This document shows, in pieces, positions 60,401 to 64,000 of a stretch of DNA of 64,000 nt (the stretch's first letter is position 1; each line of letters opens with the position of its first letter). The position numbers and the translations under genes were made by a program. Under the pieces are notes generated by a model. That model was not told the DNA's origin and made no database searches. It saw nothing but the letters and a program-made list of their open reading frames with translations. Origin of the DNA: a virus; IMG/VR virus record IMGVR_UViG_3300042468_000945, positions 54,099-118,098 of that record; one strand, written 5' to 3'.

Positions 60401-61342
60401 ACTATTGGTGCAGATGATTTTGAATCGGCATTAGCTTCATTTGTAGAGTTTGGAGTTGGAGAAGCTAGAGTAAATAGTACGGATAGACGACTAACACCAA
60501 CAGAGCTTAAGGAAATGAGGAGAAAGCTCACAGAAGAATTTAAAAATCTTTATAGATACGATGATAGCAACGGTAAAAGACAGTATGTTACTACTGATGA
60601 AGGTCTTGACAGGGTAATCTCTAAAAACTTTAAACTAGTTTCACTATTGGGTGATAAGGGAGTTGTGAGTGTTGTTGATAGTATTCAAGATGAAGATGGA
60701 AAAGAGATTGACATCTTAATGCACATAAACCAAGCAAGATCAAGGTCAAATGAAATTGCAAGATACCAAGAAGTTATTCAAACTGCTGTTAATGAGGGTA
60801 GGTTATCTGTGGAAGACCTTGGACCAGAATTCCAAGCATCAGCTAAAAATGGATTTATTAATTTTGATGAGATATACGCAAAACATGGTGGTAACCAAGA
60901 AGAATTCCTGGCAAAAATTAAAACAGGTTTTATAGATCCGTTAGAGAGAGCACAACAAGCAGTTGCTTTTAGACATGAGGGTGTAAGCCAACATTTTAAA
61001 ACTAGCATATTTGAAACTGATAACTTTGTTGCTGCTGGTAACTGGGGAGACATATATAGAGACCAGAAAGCGGCAGAACTTATCATTGAATCACAAAGCA
61101 AGAACAAACTTATTGGTAGGATAGCTAATGCCCTTGATAATGAGACAGGTTCAGGGCTTGTAGGATTGGGTGTTCAGCTTGGTATGCATATGGCAGTTTC
61201 GTATGCAAGCCAGAAAATAGCTGTTAATGCCCTAGAAACAGGGGTTGTACAACATATGACAGCAGAAGAGTTACTTATCAATTCAAAGAAGATGCTTGGT
61301 ATAGGAAAAGCTTTACAAGATTCACTGGAAGATTATTTATAA
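57413..61342 (+). CDS. Single-chain two-barrel (DPBB) RNA polymerase candidate, beta'-barrel then beta-barrel
   Basis: LLHMNDILAGSMVMDFDGD (D213/D215/D217); DEGLILISKQF; FKLVSLLGDKGVVS (K1074/K1082, same 8-residue spacing as E. coli beta K1065/K1073); DGKEIDILMH...SRSN. Confidence 0.8.
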   Translation: MSIFDEGLKNKQEDNGYELGDYNYNKGGLRSLELPAMGGLTQPTTIIFRNGNDGKPPEAIAELKRLLDLQNSRKSASDEERKFLAKQIANHLTSPRTQSYFEKTAFLNMEAAANIDIGRGLSSFVEKTYAKQGYEIEIIKAKLVGSTTGIPLHESTLEAHKKYLAGQGKNPFGKFGEYNVDTSQTAYYHLETTKSGHNLLHMNDILAGSMVMDFDGDMVTSMVARKRDPVTGKITSEFMIPYKEPLTQKTPRFRNIDYESDIKFNKGKPFGTFAGLNYSDLGVQTNKGEIKAAFSGEMRNRKYSVLGDFLRAYEKPEAREGFSRIRDIDSLRETLAEKSFKANTVGLDTNLYQAQANIENIRALHYVRRANPSLYKQMLLEQQEQIAEYLRTSRTGDQTILGTKIIGKKQKSELYGDNFEGFLNRLTTINLDDADNLTPETNQLLHDQLVSSTLTRGVSDRFLGEYHQTLRTNDPANPFMSNGQLDNIDWIGKGPLANPNYIFEIEGGMKTTRTTNKVQEVQDGVKDTYRRYVDGNPFINKLKNLHKLKPQEHDDLISELLGQEDGEFVDKFVDAMFLNDVPYSEREKTIAQLMANKKAKPVGAFFKYEDGQYKKTTLARLQKEHIVETQELFGFAGIRKNRGVDYTASPLAILIRDINGNLVGPSKDDIIGVSVMGNVAAMQGSKMTMLNREQYLALELERRLQDSRFAGSRGFLEAPEQGSFSASDIKNKLMYDNDGFRKKIFEAYQGVHQAPTQDDTPIIQDLINRLSSTNKEEVSRTHKEIIRRYDLTHRRDLMTAVQGHLRDIVAAVGGRNNIDARIENYGWGENGIQLKGVADDGIDSLTISAMSSTLGIDTEHLGMKSEHKANIMMEAFKKFGGFNRKNTGSESDRYLLMTMGERAGEITPVGTNKNYFMPRDLAKRMSDIQRQTIGGTALGKVRVALAETEISEEYFNMINPSASLGLKRADEGLILISKQFSNRAAAKIKAQLRVGPTIGADDFESALASFVEFGVGEARVNSTDRRLTPTELKEMRRKLTEEFKNLYRYDDSNGKRQYVTTDEGLDRVISKNFKLVSLLGDKGVVSVVDSIQDEDGKEIDILMHINQARSRSNEIARYQEVIQTAVNEGRLSVEDLGPEFQASAKNGFINFDEIYAKHGGNQEEFLAKIKTGFIDPLERAQQAVAFRHEGVSQHFKTSIFETDNFVAAGNWGDIYRDQKAAELIIESQSKNKLIGRIANALDNETGSGLVGLGVQLGMHMAVSYASQKIAVNALETGVVQHMTAEELLINSKKMLGIGKALQDSLEDYL

Positions 61343-61343
61343 A

Positions 61344-61370
61344 AATAGGTTACCCATTGGGTAACCTATT
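61344..61370. terminator. Bidirectional terminator between convergent genes
   Basis: aataggttaccc-att-gggtaacctatt, 12-bp stem flanked by A/T tracts. Confidence 0.8.
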
Positions 61371-61390
61371 CTAGTTTATTTTATTGAAAA

Positions 61391-62050
61391 TTATGGTGTA
61401 TCGTGAACTCGTCCTGTGTTATCCATGTCGCCAGGACCAATTTCTCCATCCCCATCAACATCAAATTGTGATGGTTTGTACCCTTTAAATGCTCCAGTTG
61501 TTATAACAGTATTCCAATCACCATCACCACTGGTTTTTCCATTGAATTCAAGATTTCCAGCTAGCTCAAATTCACCTACAATACCGTCGCCATTTACATC
61601 ACCTGTAAATAATAACCCAGTCACACCTGTTGCGGAAGTTGCACTAATACTAACATTAGACACAGCTTTGTTTAAGAATGGAGCACCTGATTTTAGGATT
61701 AGTTTGTAAGACCCATGAGGCACAGTTGTAGAGGTAGAAAATACTCCAGCACTACCTAAAGTAACGTTAATCTTCCCAAAATAATTAAGACCCCTCCAGA
61801 ACTCAATAGTAAGAGGTAGACCTTCACTATTAGCAACACCTTCGTGAGTTACTGTTCCGCTAATATACTTGGTAACATTAAGAGCACCAGTTGAACTAGC
61901 TACAAACCCAGTAACAGGTAGGTTAGCACCTGGAAAAGCTTCGTGTATCTTACTATCACCTAGAAATTTTAGGTTTAAAACATCATAAGCAATACCATCA
62001 GCACTTGTTGTTCTTTTATTCTTTATTGGTTGGTTTCCATCTAAATTCAT
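61391..62050 (-). CDS. Beta-sandwich plus dockerin-like (double EF-hand loop) protein
   Basis: GSYKLILK...GDVNGDGIVG...GDGDWN...DVDGDGEIGPGD. Confidence 0.65.
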   Translation of the reverse strand: MNLDGNQPIKNKRTTSADGIAYDVLNLKFLGDSKIHEAFPGANLPVTGFVASSTGALNVTKYISGTVTHEGVANSEGLPLTIEFWRGLNYFGKINVTLGSAGVFSTSTTVPHGSYKLILKSGAPFLNKAVSNVSISATSATGVTGLLFTGDVNGDGIVGEFELAGNLEFNGKTSGDGDWNTVITTGAFKGYKPSQFDVDGDGEIGPGDMDNTGRVHDTP

Positions 62051-62054
62051 TTAT

Positions 62055-62264
62055 TTAATACCCCGCCGCAGGGTCTGTTTGATACCCCAATCTAATAAAA
62101 CCAGAAGCACTTGCTGTTACAGCTAAGAAACTGGTAACTCCTAAAGAGGGGAAAGAAAATGACTGTTCCCCAAATACGCTATCCATAGGTAACTTATGTA
62201 TACCTAAATCATATCTAACACCATTGTTGGCATTCAGTATTGTTTTCTTCCCATCAAAAATCAT
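62055..62264 (-). CDS. Hypothetical small protein
   Basis: ORF track start (62312) lies inside the terminator palindrome; the ATG at 62264 has AGGGG upstream; 69 aa. Confidence 0.5.
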   Translation of the reverse strand: MIFDGKKTILNANNGVRYDLGIHKLPMDSVFGEQSFSFPSLGVTSFLAVTASASGFIRLGYQTDPAAGY

Positions 62265-62290
62265 ATTAACCCCTACATCTAATAGAGAAC

Positions 62291-62320
62291 AAAAAACCCC
62301 ATAGTTGTACAACTATGGGG
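62291..62320 (-). terminator. Terminator after the tRNA cluster
   Basis: Perfect 24-bp palindrome ccccatagttgtacaactatgggg followed by T6 on the minus strand. Confidence 0.85.
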
Positions 62321-62327
62321 CATAAAT

Positions 62328-62403
62328 TGGTACGCGATCTGAGAATTGAACTCAGCTAAACTAGCTTGTAAAGATAGCGTGTTCACCAGAACACTAATCG
62401 CGC
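62328..62403 (-). tRNA. trnV: tRNA-Val(TAC)
   Basis: GCGCGAT acceptor, anticodon loop TT-TAC-AA, T arm TTCAATT, encoded CCA. Confidence 0.88.
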
Positions 62404-62409
62404 ATAAAT

Positions 62410-62483
62410 TGGAGCGAAATAAGAGATTCGAACTCTTACGAACAGTTTGGAAAACTGGGATGCTACCATTACATCAATTTCGC
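62410..62483 (-). tRNA. trnG: tRNA-Gly(TCC)
   Basis: GCGAAAT/ATTTCGC acceptor, loop TT-TCC-AA, TTCGAAT, U73, CCA. Confidence 0.9.
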
Positions 62484-62486
62484 ATT

Positions 62487-62564
62487 TGGAGGGTGGTAAA
62501 AGAATCGAACTTTTCTAATATAGATTAACAGTCTATTGCAATAACCCAGATATGCTAACCACCC
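62487..62564 (-). tRNA. trnN: tRNA-Asn(GTT)
   Basis: GGGTGGT/ACCACCC acceptor, ATAGA-CT-GTT-AA-TCTAT, TTCGATT, CCA. Confidence 0.9.
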
Positions 62565-62571
62565 TTAAATA

Positions 62572-62659
62572 TGGAGGAAAAGAAGGGATTCGAACCCTTG
62601 AGACCTTTCAGCCCTCTTGCTTTCAAGGCAAGCCTAATTAACCGCTCTAGCACTTTTCC
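62572..62659 (-). tRNA. trnS: tRNA-Ser(TGA)
   Basis: GGAAAAG/CTTTTCC acceptor, CTTGC-CT-TGA-AA-GCAAG, long variable arm, CCA. Confidence 0.92.
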
Positions 62660-62665
62660 TTAAAA

Positions 62666-62753
62666 TGGAGGAGAGTACAGGATTTGAACCTGTGGGGGCT
62701 TTCACCCCGATTCCTTAGCAGGGAACCGCTATAAACCACTCTGCCAACTCTCC
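62666..62753 (-). tRNA. trnS: tRNA-Ser(GCT)
   Basis: GGAGAGT/ACTCTCC acceptor, loop CT-GCT-AA, long variable arm, CCA. Confidence 0.92.
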
Positions 62754-62756
62754 AAA

Positions 62757-63206
62757 TTACTCTGTTGTCTCTTCTTTATAAAAATCATTATCTAAATGAT
62801 CCTCATACCTATCATAGAGCTCTTTTTCTGTTAAATTTAAATCACTTAAAAAGTCTTTAAAAGTTATCAAACCATCTTTTAAATTTACTTGAAAATTCTC
62901 ATATTCTTTTAGTGTTTCTTCTAGAAATGTTTCTTCGTTTTCTGAAAGGAAGTCTTTTATGTTTCCTTTAAATCCTGCTTTTTGTTTTTTGAAGTATGTG
63001 GATAAAAGTTTTTCATATTCTAAGAATGATAGAGTATTCTCTTTAACAATAAAATTAGCATGTGTAACAGGAATATTCCTTTCAGTTATCGCTTTCTTAT
63101 CTAAACAATAAAGTATCTTTGCTGTTGTTTCAGGGTATAAATCAGGTATCTTCTTAGAAATATAGTCAAATATAGCAATGGTTTTGTTTGTTTTTATTCT
63201 TGTCAT
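62757..63206 (-). CDS. Hypothetical protein within the tRNA cluster
   Basis: 149-aa ORF exactly filling the gap between tRNA-Tyr and tRNA-Ser. Confidence 0.6.
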   Translation of the reverse strand: MTRIKTNKTIAIFDYISKKIPDLYPETTAKILYCLDKKAITERNIPVTHANFIVKENTLSFLEYEKLLSTYFKKQKAGFKGNIKDFLSENEETFLEETLKEYENFQVNLKDGLITFKDFLSDLNLTEKELYDRYEDHLDNDFYKEETTE

Positions 63207-63213
63207 ATAAAAA

Positions 63214-63299
63214 TGGTGCCACTATGAGGATTCGAACCCCTTATCCGTAAGGCAAGCGGGCTACAACCGCTCCGACATCCCACTGTCGTCAGTAGTGAC
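63214..63299 (-). tRNA. trnY: tRNA-Tyr(GTA), somewhat non-canonical
   Basis: GTCACTA/TAGTGGC acceptor, AGCGG-TT-GTA-GC-CCGCT, long variable arm, TTCGAAT, CCA; C8, G37 and a T-stem mismatch. Confidence 0.75.
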
Positions 63300-63315
63300 A
63301 AATTGTTTCTTAAAA

Positions 63316-63392
63316 TGGAGCTCGGGGTGGGATTCAAACCCACGATGTCTTACTTACAAGGTAAGTGCATTAGATCGCTATGCTACCCAAGC
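63316..63392 (-). tRNA. trnT: tRNA-Thr(TGT)
   Basis: GCTTGGG/CCCGAGC acceptor, CTTAC-CT-TGT-AA-GTAAG, T loop TTTGAAT, CCA. Confidence 0.9.
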
Positions 63393-63400
63393 TCAAATTG

Positions 63401-64000
63401 TTAAATATCCTCTCTGAAAGCTAACCCAATTGGAAATCTAGGTAGTCCATCATCAGTCCTGTCAAAGAATTTTACAGTGTATTTCTTACCAATATAAGAA
63501 TCACCATTTTCAAACATCTTTGCTCTGTTTTCCATAGTTGTTTTAGGTAGTACATCAAATGTTTGGTCAGGGTTAGTATTATTCTTACAAGTAAAGATAA
63601 TTGCACCCTTCATCCTACCAATGCCTTCTTTATACCCAATAACTTCAAACTCTTCGTCAACAAATTGCTTTACTTTTAGCAGGTCTTTAGACCTATGTTT
63701 CCAAACATATGCTGATTCTGGGTTTCTAAGTATGCTTCCCTCATATCCTGCCTCTAAATTCTCTCCAAAACAAGTTTCCTGTTCCTGACCTGTTTTTGTT
63801 ATTTTTGAAAGTACTCCAATAACCTTTGGATTGGTTTTATAAGTCTCTGTGTGGACAACAATAAGTGCAACATAGGTTAAATAACGTTCTTTAAACGGTA
63901 AATTCTCGGCACCCATAACTAATGGTGCATCATATACATGGTATTCTAAGTTAATTGATTCTGGCTTGTATTTCTTAACTAGAGAAATAGTGGATTCTAA
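63401..64000 (-). CDS. ATP-dependent DNA ligase (3' part; starts beyond the window)
   Basis: Frame open to 64000: LEYHVYDAP (IIIa), EGSILR (IV), LLKVK (V), OB-fold tail GKKYTVKFF...GLPRFP. Confidence 0.9.
   Translation of the reverse strand, partial: LESTISLVKKYKPESINLEYHVYDAPLVMGAENLPFKERYLTYVALIVVHTETYKTNPKVIGVLSKITKTGQEQETCFGENLEAGYEGSILRNPESAYVWKHRSKDLLKVKQFVDEEFEVIGYKEGIGRMKGAIIFTCKNNTNPDQTFDVLPKTTMENRAKMFENGDSYIGKKYTVKFFDRTDDGLPRFPIGLAFREDI

Noticed and set aside
769-61709. Many short opposite-strand or alternate-frame ORFs in the track (e.g. 983..1252, 17643..17999, 47152..47553, 61416..61709)
   Set aside because: They lie inside longer genes with recognisable motifs and lack RBS or family motifs; treated as shadow ORFs.
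62346-62528. 60-aa plus-strand ORF
   Set aside because: It is antisense to three tRNA genes.
1-64000. Stop-codon reassignment (alternative genetic code)
   Set aside because: Code-11 ORFs tile the window densely, including 2-2.6 kaa proteins, and both TAA and TGA end genes.

Overview
A 64 kb AT-rich segment of a large contractile-tailed (myovirus-like, probably jumbo) phage genome, read in standard code 11 and almost all on the minus strand. It holds the virion morphogenesis module: large terminase, portal, prohead protease, scaffold-like protein, major capsid, neck proteins, two tail-sheath paralogs, three tail-tube paralogs, chaperone-like genes, three giant (1572-2634 aa) probable virion proteins, two peptidoglycan hydrolases and baseplate genes. 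Also present are GroEL (partial), a RuvC-like resolvase, a glycosyltransferase, a metallophosphoesterase, seven tRNA genes and an ATP-dependent DNA ligase (partial). Four observations stand out. (1) Two inteins sit back-to-back at one site in the terminase Walker A motif: a Met1 class-3 (W-C-T) intein with LAGLIDADG motifs, whose +1 nucleophile is Cys1 of a second, class-1 intein. (2) The only long plus-strand gene is a 1309-aa single-chain two-barrel RNA polymerase candidate with the beta'-type DFDGD barrel before the beta-type lysine barrel. (3) A stand-alone Hint domain ending HN|K is fused to a tail-tube paralog. (4) A recurring intergenic CTATTT-type motif may be the phage promoter. Functional calls come from motif recognition by eye; no searches were run.
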